Positions 1 through 10,145 of a stretch of DNA of 64,000 nucleotides are shown in pieces. The notes under the pieces are model-generated. The model ran no database searches. It worked only from the letters and a program-made list of their open reading frames with translations, and was not told the DNA's origin. Each line of letters opens with the position of its first letter. The first letter of the stretch is position 1. The stretch spans positions 474,544 through 538,543 of the forward strand of contig JACPWO010000001.1 in assembly GCA_016197005.1 (NCBI GenBank), in the 5' to 3' direction. The position numbers were made by a program, and so were the translations under genes. The stretch comes from Candidatus Anderseniibacteriota bacterium. GTDB lineage: Bacteria; Patescibacteriota; Andersenbacteria; UBA10190.

Positions 1-855
1 CAAGGAGGCCCGTCGTATTATTACAGCCCGGCTGGCATTCCGGTATATCTAACAAGAACTGCTTCTGCTGCTCAGATTCAACCACCACTGGCCACCCCAC
101 TCCCAGTACCGCAATTCAGCTTGGGACCAGCCCCAAGTTTTTCGCTAGCACCCAGTTCATTCCCGTCTTTGCCGCGTTTTTCTCCCCGTCCTGCTGACGG
201 GGTTTATGTAATTTTAGGTGATTCAATTGCTGCCGGCGCGTATGGCTTTCCCAGCTATCCGAATATTTACGAAGACAATTTAGAAAATACTAATCAGAAG
301 GAACTGGATTCGCGAAACCTGGCTCGAAGCGGCTGGCACAGCAGCCACCTTGCGGCCGCTCTCCAGCAAGATCCTTTGTTTCAACAAAATATTGCCGAAG
401 CTGACGTTATAACAATAAATATTGGTGGAAACGACCTACGAGCAGCCCGCGACCAGTATTACGCCGGCACTTGCGGCGGGGCGGACAATCAAGATTGTCT
501 GCGTCGAGCAGTGCGTGCCTTCGATGCCAACTGGGACGTCATTACCTCTGAGATCAACAGCCGTAAGCCTGCTGGTGCAATTGTCCGTGTCACCGACTTA
601 TATAACCCCTACGTTCGTGAGGATATGGCACAAGGAACGTTTTCAATCCTCCAGCCATATTTTGACCAAGTAAATACTCAGATTTACAACAGTGGTCTAC
701 CAGTGGCTCAAGTCCGTGATGCCTTTAATGGCAGCAATGGATTAACGGATCCAGCAGATCTCGGCTTCATTAGTGCTGATGGTTATCACCCCAACTCAGC
801 TGGCCATCGCGTCATTGCCGCTAAACTGGCTGAATTAGGAACGAGTCTTCCGTAA
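1..855 (+). CDS. SGNH/GDSL-family hydrolase (lipase/esterase-like), 5' partial; frame is open to window start
   Basis: GDSIAAG block near N-term of domain, GGNDL block, DGYHPN C-terminal block typical of SGNH hydrolases; Pro-rich linker upstream; no stop in frame back to position 1. Confidence 0.7.
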   Translation, partial: QGGPSYYYSPAGIPVYLTRTASAAQIQPPLATPLPVPQFSLGPAPSFSLAPSSFPSLPRFSPRPADGVYVILGDSIAAGAYGFPSYPNIYEDNLENTNQKELDSRNLARSGWHSSHLAAALQQDPLFQQNIAEADVITINIGGNDLRAARDQYYAGTCGGADNQDCLRRAVRAFDANWDVITSEINSRKPAGAIVRVTDLYNPYVREDMAQGTFSILQPYFDQVNTQIYNSGLPVAQVRDAFNGSNGLTDPADLGFISADGYHPNSAGHRVIAAKLAELGTSLP

Positions 856-1785
856 ATGAGTAAGGACTTGTTGAAGATCTTCCGGTAGCTCTGCTTCAAT
901 AATTTTCTTCTTACCCGACGGTAACTGAAAGGCAATTCTCTCCGCGTGAAGGAATTGATGGGTAACGCCTTCAGGGGGACGCTGACGCTTGAATGTATAT
1001 AGCGTGTCTCCAACTACTGGGTGTCCCAAAAAATGCATGTGAACGCGAATCTGATGCGTACGACCAGTGAAGATATATACCTGGAATAAGGAAAAATCAT
1101 TTCCGAACGTTTCTTTTAGTTTCCACTCAGTAATGGCCGGTTTACCTTCTAGGAGGTCATCGGATGTACCGGCTGGTATGACCATCCGGCGGTGCGGATT
1201 TCTTTTGCTGCGACCAATTGGGCGGGTAATGCGTCCAAATTTTTCTCCTGGAATACCAAAAACGAGCGCTAGGTACTCTTTACGTGGCCGGTGACGCTTG
1301 AATTGTTCCTTCAGCCTCGTATATGCCTCGGCCGTTTTCGCCAGCAGGAGAACGCCGCTTGTATCTTTATCTAGGCGATGCACAATTCCTGGCCGACCAG
1401 GATCACCCACCTCCGCACTTCGAGGATAGCGGGCAGCAAACCACGCACTAATGGTTGGGCCGCGCTCGGCGGGAGCGGGGTGAACCGAAATTCCTGCCGG
1501 CTTATTAATTGCCAGCATGTCCTTATCTTCATAGATAATGGGAATTTTGAGGCTGCTTGAGTCTGGGGCTGGCTCAGTATTTTCTGGTGGCACAATGTTT
1601 ACCGTAATGGTGTCATCGACGCGGAGAGTCTGTTTTGGTTTCACTACCACACCATTTAGCATTATGCCGCCTGCTTTAATCGCACGCTGGAGAGCAGCTC
1701 GAGAGTACTGCGGAAAATGCGCAGCACACCACACGTCGAGACGTTGTCCTGATTCTTCTTTACTTACGGTTAGTAGTTCTGGCAT
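835..1785 (-). CDS. rluD: RluA-family 23S rRNA pseudouridine synthase (RluD-like) with N-terminal S4 domain
   Basis: S4-like RNA-binding N-terminus; catalytic motif HRLDKDTSGVLLLAKT with conserved Asp. Confidence 0.85.
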   Translation of the reverse strand: MPELLTVSKEESGQRLDVWCAAHFPQYSRAALQRAIKAGGIMLNGVVVKPKQTLRVDDTITVNIVPPENTEPAPDSSSLKIPIIYEDKDMLAINKPAGISVHPAPAERGPTISAWFAARYPRSAEVGDPGRPGIVHRLDKDTSGVLLLAKTAEAYTRLKEQFKRHRPRKEYLALVFGIPGEKFGRITRPIGRSKRNPHRRMVIPAGTSDDLLEGKPAITEWKLKETFGNDFSLFQVYIFTGRTHQIRVHMHFLGHPVVGDTLYTFKRQRPPEGVTHQFLHAERIAFQLPSGKKKIIEAELPEDLQQVLTHLRKTRS

Positions 1786-1840
1786 ACTCTTTCTTCCTAG
1801 GCATCATGCTAGGATATCTTTAGAAGTCAAGTTTGTATCT

Positions 1841-3124
1841 ATGAAACGAGTACCTAAAATCATTATCGCAGTTGTCGTTATACTCCTAGGCGCCGGGATT
1901 GTTTTTGGCGTTATTCGGTCACGAGGCGGAGAGGAAGAAGCACGAACTACTACTGTCAGTCGAGGAACCGTAACCCAAGATGTTTCATTCACTGGCCGCA
2001 TTTTCCCTGCTCGTTCCTCAGATGTGAGTTTCTCAGCCGCGGGTGTAATTAGTGCGATTCACGTGAAAGCTGGTGAAGTCGTGCAGGCAGGGCAGCTTTT
2101 AGCCTCTCTTGATCCCCGTACTGCTCAACTCGATGTGGCTAAAGCAAAAGCCGATTTAGCTAGTGCTCAAGAAGAAACTCGCCTCACCTGGGAGAAGACA
2201 AAAGTAGAATACGAAAAAGTGAAGGGTGAAAATACTCAGCTTATTGAAGAACAAAAACAACGCGTACGAGACGCAAAGGCGGAACTCGATCAGGCTCTGT
2301 CTGCCTATCAAACTCGCGCTGATGATGAAGGAGACGACTCGTACCTAGCAAAAGCAGCTTACGCGAGCTATCTAAGTGCTCGCTCAGCATATAACAACGC
2401 GCAAGAAAGCCTTACGACGCTGCAAAAAACAGTGGCAAAATCCAACGCTTCAGCCAAAGCCGCTAGTGACGTAGCCGGTGAGCAACACGTATCTACCACG
2501 CAAGCAGCTAGCACGACAGCTGGACTTTCTTCCCTCGGCGCTCTCCAGCAACGCAGTGCGGTGACGCTGTCTCAATATAATCTGTACGCTCCGTTCGCCG
2601 GCACTGTTACGACAAGTGATGTTGAAGTAGGCGAGTACGCCACTTCTGCAGTGAGCGCGTTTACAGTTGAGACCACTGCAGAGTTACAAGTAAAAGCGGA
2701 CGTTACTGAAAGCGACACCATTAAATTAGCAGTGGGTATGTCAGCCGACATATCTTTTGATGCAATTCCTGACCAAACTTCACCCGCTCAGATCTCATAC
2801 ATTGCTCCATCAGCTAAAATTGTTGAGGGAGTACCGGTATATGAGGTTACGTTGCAGCTTAGTAGTGTCGCTACAAATGTGCGTCCAGGACTAACAAGTG
2901 ACGTCACTGTTCACGCTAATAAAGTAGATAACACGTTATTCATTCCGCGCCGCGCCCTTATTCAAAAAGATGGCAAAACCTATGTTCACATACTGGGATC
3001 AGACGGCCTCACCCAAGAACAAGAAATTGAAACCGGTCTTATCGGCTCGACTGGGTCAATTGAGGTAACTTACGGTCTTTCTGAGGGGCAGACCATTGTT
3101 TTGAGTAGACCTGATGGAGAGTAA
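1841..3124 (+). CDS. HlyD-family periplasmic adaptor (membrane fusion protein, MacA-like) of an ABC efflux system
   Basis: N-terminal TM anchor (MKRVPKIIIAVVVILLGAGIV), long coiled-coil-rich middle, beta-barrel-like C-terminus; immediately upstream of ABC ATPase and FtsX permease; ATG at 1841 chosen over the longer ORF that overlaps rluD. Confidence 0.75.
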   Translation: MKRVPKIIIAVVVILLGAGIVFGVIRSRGGEEEARTTTVSRGTVTQDVSFTGRIFPARSSDVSFSAAGVISAIHVKAGEVVQAGQLLASLDPRTAQLDVAKAKADLASAQEETRLTWEKTKVEYEKVKGENTQLIEEQKQRVRDAKAELDQALSAYQTRADDEGDDSYLAKAAYASYLSARSAYNNAQESLTTLQKTVAKSNASAKAASDVAGEQHVSTTQAASTTAGLSSLGALQQRSAVTLSQYNLYAPFAGTVTTSDVEVGEYATSAVSAFTVETTAELQVKADVTESDTIKLAVGMSADISFDAIPDQTSPAQISYIAPSAKIVEGVPVYEVTLQLSSVATNVRPGLTSDVTVHANKVDNTLFIPRRALIQKDGKTYVHILGSDGLTQEQEIETGLIGSTGSIEVTYGLSEGQTIVLSRPDGE

Positions 3125-3836
3125 TACGCATCGTATTATTCAGGCAGAAAATCTGAATAAAACGTATCAGACTGCTGATACCGAGACGATTGCCATCGCT
3201 GATATATCCCTTTCAATAAACGATGGAGAGTTCATATCAATTATGGGTAAGTCCGGCTCGGGCAAATCAACGCTGCTTCACATCCTCGGATTTCTTGATC
3301 GACCAAGTACGGGCACATATATATTCGGCGGAGTGGATACAACTTCTTTAACTGAAGAAGAATTGGCCTTTATTCGCAATGATAAAATTGGGTTTATTTT
3401 CCAAGCTTTTCATCTTCTCCCGAAACAAACTGTTTTAGAAAACGTGATGCTGCCGCTAGTATATTCCCGAATTCCTAGTCGTGAGCATCGCGCCCGAGCG
3501 GAAGAGGCGCTTGAACGGGTGGAGATGACCCATCGTCTCTATCACATGCCGCCCCAACTATCCGGAGGAGAAAAACAGCGAGTAGCGATTGCTCGAGCCT
3601 TGATCAATCGTCCTGATGTAATCTTCGCTGATGAACCGACCGGAAACCTGGACACCCGAACTGGGGAGAAAGTAATGCACACGATCTCTGAGCTCAATAA
3701 ACAGGGGCACACTGTTATTCTCGTCACGCACGAGAGTACGACTGCTTCTTTTGCCAATCGTATTGTTATTGTCCAAGATGGGCGAATTTTATCTGATCAA
3801 CCAAACGAGCGAAGACACGTTCATTACCAGAAATAA
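3114..3836 (+). CDS. ABC transporter ATP-binding protein (MacB/LolD-type)
   Basis: Walker [13 protein letters not shown] signature [15 protein letters not shown], Walker [13 protein letters not shown]. Confidence 0.9.
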   Translation: MESNTHRIIQAENLNKTYQTADTETIAIADISLSINDGEFISIMGKSGSGKSTLLHILGFLDRPSTGTYIFGGVDTTSLTEEELAFIRNDKIGFIFQAFHLLPKQTVLENVMLPLVYSRIPSREHRARAEEALERVEMTHRLYHMPPQLSGGEKQRVAIARALINRPDVIFADEPTGNLDTRTGEKVMHTISELNKQGHTVILVTHESTTASFANRIVIVQDGRILSDQPNERRHVHYQK

Positions 3837-3838
3837 CT

Positions 3839-5083
3839 ATGCGTTTCCTTGCTACTACTAAAATTGCTTTCGCCTCTCTTCGCTCCAATCTCTTGCGATC
3901 GTTTCTGACGATCCTCGGCATTATTATCGGTGTCCTTTCTATTGTTTTAATCGTGGCCTTGGGGCAGGGAGCACAGGACTTAATTTTAAGTGAATTCGAA
4001 GGGGTTGGAGCAACCGCAGTGATTTTACGTCCCGGTAAACAACCAACCGGGCCGGCAGACTTTAGTGACACCTTGTTTTCGGAATCTATAAAAGACCGTG
4101 ATATTGAAGCATTGCGAAAAAAAGAAAATGTACCCAACGCTGTTTCTATTGACCCCTCAGTAATTGTTCCGGGAGCGGTGTCCTACGGAGATGAGCTATA
4201 CCGCCCGACAACGTTTGGTTGGACTGCTACAGCCATAGAAGAACTCCTCGATATTCAACCAGAAAGCGGTGAATTTTTCACCGCTGACGACATCCGGGAG
4301 CGGGCAAAAGTGGCAGTTATCGGTTCAAAAGTAAAAGAGGAGCTATTTGGTGACGACGATCCAATCGGCCAATCTATTACTATTCGCAATCACAACGTTA
4401 AGGTTATTGGTACGTTCCCCTCCAAAGGACAGCTAGCCTTCTTTAATATTGATGAAGTTGTACTGCTTCCCTATACGACTGCGCAGCGGGATATTTTAGC
4501 AATTGATTATTATCAAGAAATATTTATTCGCGCCGATAGCGAAGAAAATATTAACTTCGTAGTACAAGATGTCGAAGCAACGATGCGCGAACAGCATAAT
4601 ATTACCGACCCGGAAAAGGATGACTTCTTTGTAAATACGCAAAAAGACGCGGTAGAGTCGATTAGCACTGTTACCGATGTACTCACGATTTTCTTAGTTG
4701 CCATTGCCTCAATTGCTCTCGTTGTCGGGGGTATTGGGATTATGAATATTATGTTGGTATCTGTTACCGAGCGAACAAAGGAAATTGGTCTACGTAAAGC
4801 AGTCGGGGCTACTAACCGCGATATTTTAACTCAATTTCTCATTGAAGCCGTCATGCTTACTGTCGGCGGCGGTTTAATTGGTACTACCGGTGCCATCGCG
4901 CTAGCGGCCCTGGCCGCATTAGTTATTCGCCAGCAATTTGCCCTTGATTGGCCCTTATCCGTACCGTTCGGCGCAATCGCGCTCGGTATTGGCGTGGCGA
5001 GCGCAGTTGGGCTGGCTTTTGGTCTGTACCCTGCTCGTCAGGCCTCCCGCAAACACCCTATTGAGGCGCTCCGATACGAGTAG
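3839..5083 (+). CDS. ABC transporter permease, FtsX/MacB family
   Basis: N-terminal TM, large periplasmic domain, C-terminal 3-TM FtsX-type bundle; operonic with ATPase. Confidence 0.85.
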   Translation: MRFLATTKIAFASLRSNLLRSFLTILGIIIGVLSIVLIVALGQGAQDLILSEFEGVGATAVILRPGKQPTGPADFSDTLFSESIKDRDIEALRKKENVPNAVSIDPSVIVPGAVSYGDELYRPTTFGWTATAIEELLDIQPESGEFFTADDIRERAKVAVIGSKVKEELFGDDDPIGQSITIRNHNVKVIGTFPSKGQLAFFNIDEVVLLPYTTAQRDILAIDYYQEIFIRADSEENINFVVQDVEATMREQHNITDPEKDDFFVNTQKDAVESISTVTDVLTIFLVAIASIALVVGGIGIMNIMLVSVTERTKEIGLRKAVGATNRDILTQFLIEAVMLTVGGGLIGTTGAIALAALAALVIRQQFALDWPLSVPFGAIALGIGVASAVGLAFGLYPARQASRKHPIEALRYE

Positions 5084-5106
5084 TTCGAACTCCTAAAGAA
5101 AAAATG

Positions 5107-5180
5107 TAGGCTCGCTGGGATTCGAACCCAGGACCTCGGCTTTATAAGAGCCGCGCTCTTACCAACTGAGCTACGAGCCT
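5107..5180 (-). tRNA. tRNA with anticodon UAU (Ile-like, decoding AUA)
   Basis: Manual cloverleaf on minus strand: acceptor AGGCUCG/CGAGCCU, D-arm GCUCAGUUGGUAAGAGC, anticodon stem CGGCU/AGCCG with loop CUUAUAA (U33, anticodon UAU, A37), T-arm CUGGG-UUCGAAU-CCCAG, discriminator A. Confidence 0.75.
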
Positions 5181-5230
5181 GTATATCTGTTTATTGCACG
5201 TTGCAGCGGCTTTGGCTATAGTTTCCTCGC

Positions 5231-5303
5231 GCGCGTGTAGCTCAGTGGTTAGAGCATCACATTGACATTGTGGGGGCCGAAGGTTCGATTCCTTCCACGC
5301 GCA
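5231..5303 (+). tRNA. tRNA-Val (anticodon GAC)
   Basis: Acceptor GCGCGUG/CACGCGC+A73; anticodon stem UCACA/UGUGG loop UUGACAU; T-arm GAAGG-UUCGAUU-CCUUC. Confidence 0.85.
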
Positions 5304-5337
5304 CCCATAAAAAGAGCCGATGCATGATCGGCTCACC

Positions 5338-5766
5338 TTAGAACAAACGCGCTTCCTCTCCGGAGATCAGTACCTTTACGTTGGACGGAGCTACACGAGT
5401 ACGTTTCTCGTCGCCCGGGTAAAGATCAACCAGGAGAGTATAGAGACTGGGAGGTTGTCCATACTTCTCGCGAACTTTTTCAATCTCTGCCTTACTCCTG
5501 ACGCAAAGACCAATTACTTCACCTATCCTTCCGCCGAAAGCACCGCGCCTGAGCCGTACCCGAGCCCGGTAATACGTGCGAAAAAACTTTCGTAATTGAC
5601 GGATGCGAGTTTCGGGCATTTCATCCGGTTTGCCTGTGCCTTGCAATATGAAGGTGATGAATGTGTCACACGCCTCACGCGTACTCGGGACTGGAAACTC
5701 CAAGACTTGCCCAATCCAATCTCTCTGTTCTTCAGAAGGCAGCCGCCTTTTTCTGTTTGTATCCAT
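5338..5766 (-). CDS. hypothetical protein (basic, Arg-rich)
   Basis: 142-aa ORF with GAGGGAG RBS-like sequence upstream; no recognisable motif. Confidence 0.4.
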   Translation of the reverse strand: MDTNRKRRLPSEEQRDWIGQVLEFPVPSTREACDTFITFILQGTGKPDEMPETRIRQLRKFFRTYYRARVRLRRGAFGGRIGEVIGLCVRSKAEIEKVREKYGQPPSLYTLLVDLYPGDEKRTRVAPSNVKVLISGEEARLF

Positions 5767-5823
5767 AGCTCCCTCTCGAAAAGAAAAGGCGGACGCGCAA
5801 TAAGGCGAATCCGCTTGTGATCT

Positions 5824-6153
5824 TTAAACCAGCACTGCTTCTTCCACTTGGAAGAAAGTCTTCAGCCCGGTGGCTTCTAGAGCTTCAGTCAGCGAGCGTG
5901 GTGGGTGAATGAGATAAAGATGGCGACTGCCACTCTTTCCATTCCGCCGATAAGAGATTAGGGTTCCCACCAACGAAGAGTTGGTTTGCTCTCGCGAAAC
6001 TGAGGAAAAATCAAATGTGACGCTATCGCTGGGGTGCTCATCCAAAAACGCACTCATCTCTTTCCTGACTTGTCCGACCCCTTCCTCATCACATACATCA
6101 TCTGGTTCGAAGACCAACGTTACGCCGCCTTCAGAAATACATAGAATCTTCAT
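5824..6153 (-). CDS. STAS-domain protein (anti-sigma-factor antagonist-like)
   Basis: ~110 aa; the VTFDFSSV...SSLVGTLI region resembles the SpoIIAA/STAS fold pattern; strong GGAGGAG RBS 6 nt before the ATG at 6153. Confidence 0.55.
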   Translation of the reverse strand: MKILCISEGGVTLVFEPDDVCDEEGVGQVRKEMSAFLDEHPSDSVTFDFSSVSREQTNSSLVGTLISYRRNGKSGSRHLYLIHPPRSLTEALEATGLKTFFQVEEAVLV

Positions 6154-6272
6154 GGCCGGACTCCTCCGAGAAAGAGGGTCAAGATGGGTGTCGGCCCGAG
6201 CCGGCACATACAACACATTGGGAAGGTGCTACCTTCGCTATACGCCTTTCCCAGTCAAAAGACAAGGATATA

Positions 6273-8213
6273 TCAAATCGTCGCTCCAGCTGGTTTCGGA
6301 GTAGTAGTCGGGGATGGTTCCGAAGAGGCCCCTGGAAGTGGGTCTCCGAGCGTATCTGGATCAATACCCCCCATAAGGTCAGCAAATTCAGTTTGGCCAA
6401 TCGTTTCTTTTTGCAGAAGCGTTTTGGAGATGAGCTCAAATTTATCCTGGTACTTCACTAGAATGTCATGTGCTCGCGTTTGGGCAGTCTTAAGCAACTC
6501 AGATACTTCTTCATCAATCGTAGCGGCTGTTTTTTCTGAGTATTCCCGCGCTTCATGCATTTCCTTGCCCAAGAAGACAAATTCATCTTTATGGCCATAC
6601 GTAACAGGCCCTAATTTACTCATTCCAAACTGAGTAACGATACGTCGAGCAAGTTTTGTTGCTTTGGATAAATCGCTACTGGCACCAGTTGTCAGCTCCT
6701 TGAACTTTAGTAGTTCAGCGGTATACCCACCCATCAGCGTTGCAAGTTCGCTCAAGAAGCCGGTACGGGTGTGATAGTGTTTGTCGTGCTCGGGTAACTT
6801 CAAGGTATAACCGCCAGCGTGACCGCGAGAAATGATAGAAATCTTTCGGACCGGATCAGAGTCTGGAGTGTAATAGGCCACAATCGCATGCCCAGCCTCA
6901 TGATAAGCCGTCAGTTCCTTATCTTTTTGTGAGAATACTCGACTGCGTTTTTCTGGCCCTAAGAGAACTTTTTCAATCGATTCCTCTAAGTGCATTTGCT
7001 CTACTTTTTCGGCATCCTTCCGGGCCGCGAAGATAGCAGCTTCATTCACCAGGTTGGCTAGGTCGGCGCCAGAAAAGCCCGGGGTGCGTTCAGCAATGTT
7101 GCGCATCTTCACATCGCTTGCCAACGGAACTTTAACAGAGTGAATCTTTAAAATTGCTTCTCGCTCCTGAATATCTGGGAGTTCCATCGTTACTTGTCGG
7201 TCGAAACGACCCGGACGAAGCAACGCTGGATCGAGAACGTCAGGACGATTTGTCGCTGCGAGAACAACCACTCGGTCAGTCTGCTCGAAACCATCCATTT
7301 CAACGAGAATCTGGTTTAAGGTTTGCTCGCGCTCATCGTGCCCACCGCCAAGACCAGCTCCGCGATGACGGCCAACGGCATCGAGCTCGTCGATAAAGAG
7401 AATCGCGGGAGCATGACGCTTCACTTTCTTGAAAATATCACGAGTACGAGCAGCGCCGACTCCAACAAACATTTCGACAAAATCTGATCCTGAAATACTA
7501 AAGAAAGGAACGCCAGCTTCACCCGCCACTGCTCGAGCCATCAACGTTTTACCTGTTCCTGGAGCGCCAATAAGTAATACACCCTTCGGAATTCGAGCAC
7601 CCATGCGATGAAACTTCTTTGGGTGCTTTAAGAACTCAACAACTTCTTGGAGTTCTTGTTTTGCTTCTTCATTACCAGCGACATCTTTAAATGTTGTTCG
7701 TTTTTTCCCTTTCTTAGCATCAACTGGAGCAGTCATCATCTGACCAAACGTCATCGCCCGATTTCCAGTGGCTTGAGCAGAACGCATCATGAACCACAAG
7801 AAAGCTCCTAGGAGAATAAACGGTAGGAGAAGCGGGATTAAGGTAGATATCCAGAAACCAAAGCCAGAAGGCTTTACTACTGTCAGCTCAATATTGTTGA
7901 GCTTACTTTCAGAAACACCAAGGTTACGAAACGTTTCCGTTACGGACGCATCCGGTTCTTTTTGCGTTACTAGTGTCGACGTCCCGTCTTTTAATTTTAC
8001 CTGCAGCTCGCTCTGGTCGACTGTTATATTTGAAACATTATCTTTGCTAATTTCGGAGGCAATGCGAGAAAGACTAGCGTCTTCGGTACGCTCCAAGGGG
8101 CGGCCATAGAAGCTCACAAGAGTGGCTCCAGCCAGAACAACGAGAAGAATAACACCTATGTTTTTACCTACGTTTTCCCGCCGAAATGGAGGGAGTGAAG
8201 TTGGAACTTTCAT
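6273..8213 (-). CDS. ftsH: ATP-dependent zinc metalloprotease FtsH
   Basis: Two N-terminal TMs, AAA Walker A GPPGTGKT, SRH region, Zn-binding HEAGHA. Confidence 0.95.
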   Translation of the reverse strand: MKVPTSLPPFRRENVGKNIGVILLVVLAGATLVSFYGRPLERTEDASLSRIASEISKDNVSNITVDQSELQVKLKDGTSTLVTQKEPDASVTETFRNLGVSESKLNNIELTVVKPSGFGFWISTLIPLLLPFILLGAFLWFMMRSAQATGNRAMTFGQMMTAPVDAKKGKKRTTFKDVAGNEEAKQELQEVVEFLKHPKKFHRMGARIPKGVLLIGAPGTGKTLMARAVAGEAGVPFFSISGSDFVEMFVGVGAARTRDIFKKVKRHAPAILFIDELDAVGRHRGAGLGGGHDEREQTLNQILVEMDGFEQTDRVVVLAATNRPDVLDPALLRPGRFDRQVTMELPDIQEREAILKIHSVKVPLASDVKMRNIAERTPGFSGADLANLVNEAAIFAARKDAEKVEQMHLEESIEKVLLGPEKRSRVFSQKDKELTAYHEAGHAIVAYYTPDSDPVRKISIISRGHAGGYTLKLPEHDKHYHTRTGFLSELATLMGGYTAELLKFKELTTGASSDLSKATKLARRIVTQFGMSKLGPVTYGHKDEFVFLGKEMHEAREYSEKTAATIDEEVSELLKTAQTRAHDILVKYQDKFELISKTLLQKETIGQTEFADLMGGIDPDTLGDPLPGASSEPSPTTTPKPAGATI

Positions 8214-8604
8214 ATACTAAAGCTATATCAATTAGGGCTATGAATAAAACGAGTGCGTTCCTGGAATATGCCGTGATCAGCCCCTCATTGCAAGTTTCTT
8301 CATTTTGGGCTAATTTGAGCCTCGGGTGGAAGCTCTTTTCAGTGGGTCATTCTCACACGGGAGATGGGAATGGCTCTGGTGAATCTCTTAACGCAAATCC
8401 ACGAAAGGAATGGAAGGGGTTTAAAAGCCCGAGATTCTCTGTTCAAAGTGTGCAGTAATTTCCGGGCAAAGAGAGCCTCTCTCAACGACGTCAGACAAGC
8501 TCAAAATGATTTTCGTGATGCGATTCGTTTGGCGCCACCTGCAGTTGCAGAGATGAAGAGGGAGTTGCTTGAAGGGCAATAACAACGAGTTAGCCCGCAA
8601 CCTA

Positions 8605-8637
8605 GCTAAGAATATGGATGTTCTTAGCTTTTTTTAT
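8605..8637 (+). terminator. Rho-independent terminator-like hairpin (GCTAAGAA-loop-TTCTTAGC followed by T8)
   Basis: Perfect 8-bp stem, 8-nt loop, then TTTTTTTATTT on plus strand. Confidence 0.5.
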
Positions 8638-8674
8638 TTGAGCTTTATCTCCTGATACTCGAGAATTGAGGCAA

Positions 8675-8749
8675 GCCCTCGTAGCTCAGTGGATCCAGAG
8701 CACTCCCGTCCTAAGGGAGGTGTCGTAGGTTCGATTCCTGCCGAGGGCA
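8675..8749 (+). tRNA. tRNA-Arg (anticodon CCU)
   Basis: Acceptor GCCCUCG/CGAGGGC+A73; anticodon stem CUCCC/GGGAG loop GUCCUAA; T-arm GUAGG-UUCGAUU-CCUGC. Confidence 0.8.
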
Positions 8750-8750
8750 C

Positions 8751-9398
8751 ATGATTGTCCCAACCTTCACATTCGAAGAACAATATTGGCAGCAAGGCAT
8801 TAGCCTCGTTGCAGGTATTGATGAAGTTGGTATGGGTGCTCTGGCGGGGCCGGTTGTAGCTGCGGCGGTTATATTTGAAAACGCAAAAGCAGTAGACGTA
8901 ACCAGCCCAACTATTCGCGACAGCAAAACACTTTCTTTAAAACAGCGAAGTACAGCAGCCACCTTTATTCAAAACCGAGCTGTCTCCTGGGCAATCGGGG
9001 AAGCGTCAGTTGAAGAAATTGGAAATCTAAATATTCGTGGTGCAGCACATTTAGCTATGCGCCGAGCGGTTGATACTCTCACCCAAATTCCTCAACTTTT
9101 GCTTATTGATGGTACGCCCGCACAACCCCACCCTCACATTCCCGCCTCCAATATCATCGATGGCGACGCCCTGTCTTTTTCTATTGCCGCCGCCAGTATC
9201 TTGGCCAAAGTTTACCGAGATAATCTTATGGTCAAATTAGACAAAGAGTTCCCAGTATATGGTTTTGCTGGACATAAAGGATATGGCAGCAAATTTCATC
9301 TAGAAGCACTAAAAACCCATGGCGTAAGTCCCTATCACCGTTTAAGCTATGCGCCTATTCAGGCACTTTTGACAAAATCAAGAATATCAATAAGCTAA
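8751..9398 (+). CDS. rnhB: Ribonuclease HII
   Basis: N-terminal IAGIDEVGMGALAGPVVAAAV (catalytic DE), conserved RNase HII core. Confidence 0.9.
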   Translation: MIVPTFTFEEQYWQQGISLVAGIDEVGMGALAGPVVAAAVIFENAKAVDVTSPTIRDSKTLSLKQRSTAATFIQNRAVSWAIGEASVEEIGNLNIRGAAHLAMRRAVDTLTQIPQLLLIDGTPAQPHPHIPASNIIDGDALSFSIAAASILAKVYRDNLMVKLDKEFPVYGFAGHKGYGSKFHLEALKTHGVSPYHRLSYAPIQALLTKSRISIS

Positions 9399-9410
9399 GA
9401 ATCTAAACCT

Positions 9411-9632
9411 ATGGCAGTACCAAAACGGCGGACATCTCGAACTCGACGCAATAACCGACGCAGCCATCACGGCGTGACGGCGATCCAGCTTGTAAAAGAC
9501 CCAGAAACTGGCCTGCCAACCCTTCCTCATGTCGCCAACCCAACCACTGGAAAATACAAAGGCCGAGAAGTTGTGAATGTTCTGCGGAAAGTAGAACGCG
9601 ATCAGAAACGTCGCCAGGCACAAAATCAGTAA
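9411..9632 (+). CDS. rpmF: 50S ribosomal protein L32
   Basis: MAVPKRRTSRTRRNNRRSHH N-terminus characteristic of bL32; C-terminal extension. Confidence 0.85.
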   Translation: MAVPKRRTSRTRRNNRRSHHGVTAIQLVKDPETGLPTLPHVANPTTGKYKGREVVNVLRKVERDQKRRQAQNQ

Positions 9633-9707
9633 TCGGGGTTTACCCCTGCCGCCCCTGGCGGTATAGTGAAGTGAAGTATGATCTTTAGTTCTTTATTGTA
9701 GAGTCGT

Positions 9708-10145
9708 ATGGCTAACAGACATCTATCACGCTCTGTTGCTCTTCAAAGTCTTTTTGAATGGGATGTTCGCGGGCAGAAGAAAAACACTTTGAAAAGCATC
9801 GTGAGTCACAATCTTACTGAGTTTGCGCCGGGTATGGAAGATACGGAATTTATTAATGACCTTGTTCTTGGAACCACGAAGTACCAAGACGAAATAGACA
9901 AACTCATTCAAGAGGCGGCACCAGATTGGCCACTGGAACAAATTACCAATGTTGATCGCAATGTTTTACGCCTTGGTATTTACGAATTGAAATATGCTGG
10001 TGCGGAAGACGTGCCACCGAAGGTAGCAATTAACGAAGCAATTGAACTCGCAAAATCATTTGGCGGCGCCTCCTCGGGAAAATTCGTGAACGGCGTCCTA
10101 GGAACTATTTATAAACAGATGGGGGAACCACGAAAGAATGAATGA
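9708..10145 (+). CDS. nusB: Transcription antitermination factor NusB
   Basis: [22 protein letters not shown] and NusB helical core. Confidence 0.85.
   Translation: MANRHLSRSVALQSLFEWDVRGQKKNTLKSIVSHNLTEFAPGMEDTEFINDLVLGTTKYQDEIDKLIQEAAPDWPLEQITNVDRNVLRLGIYELKYAGAEDVPPKVAINEAIELAKSFGGASSGKFVNGVLGTIYKQMGEPRKNE

Noticed and set aside
422-673. 83-aa ORF in an alternative frame inside the SGNH hydrolase gene, and other 60-130-aa ORFs nested antisense in annotated genes (e.g. 3542-3776, 7154-7611, 12684-13047, 21679-22127, 28117-28523, 30043-30846, 47128-47529)
   Set aside because: Nested in or antisense to strongly supported genes, with no motifs or RBS; typical spurious frames
1538-1840. Upstream 100-codon extension of the HlyD ORF overlapping rluD on the opposite strand
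   Set aside because: The extension lacks a signal/TM and overlaps a well-supported gene; the ATG at 1841 precedes the TM anchor and gives a typical adaptor length
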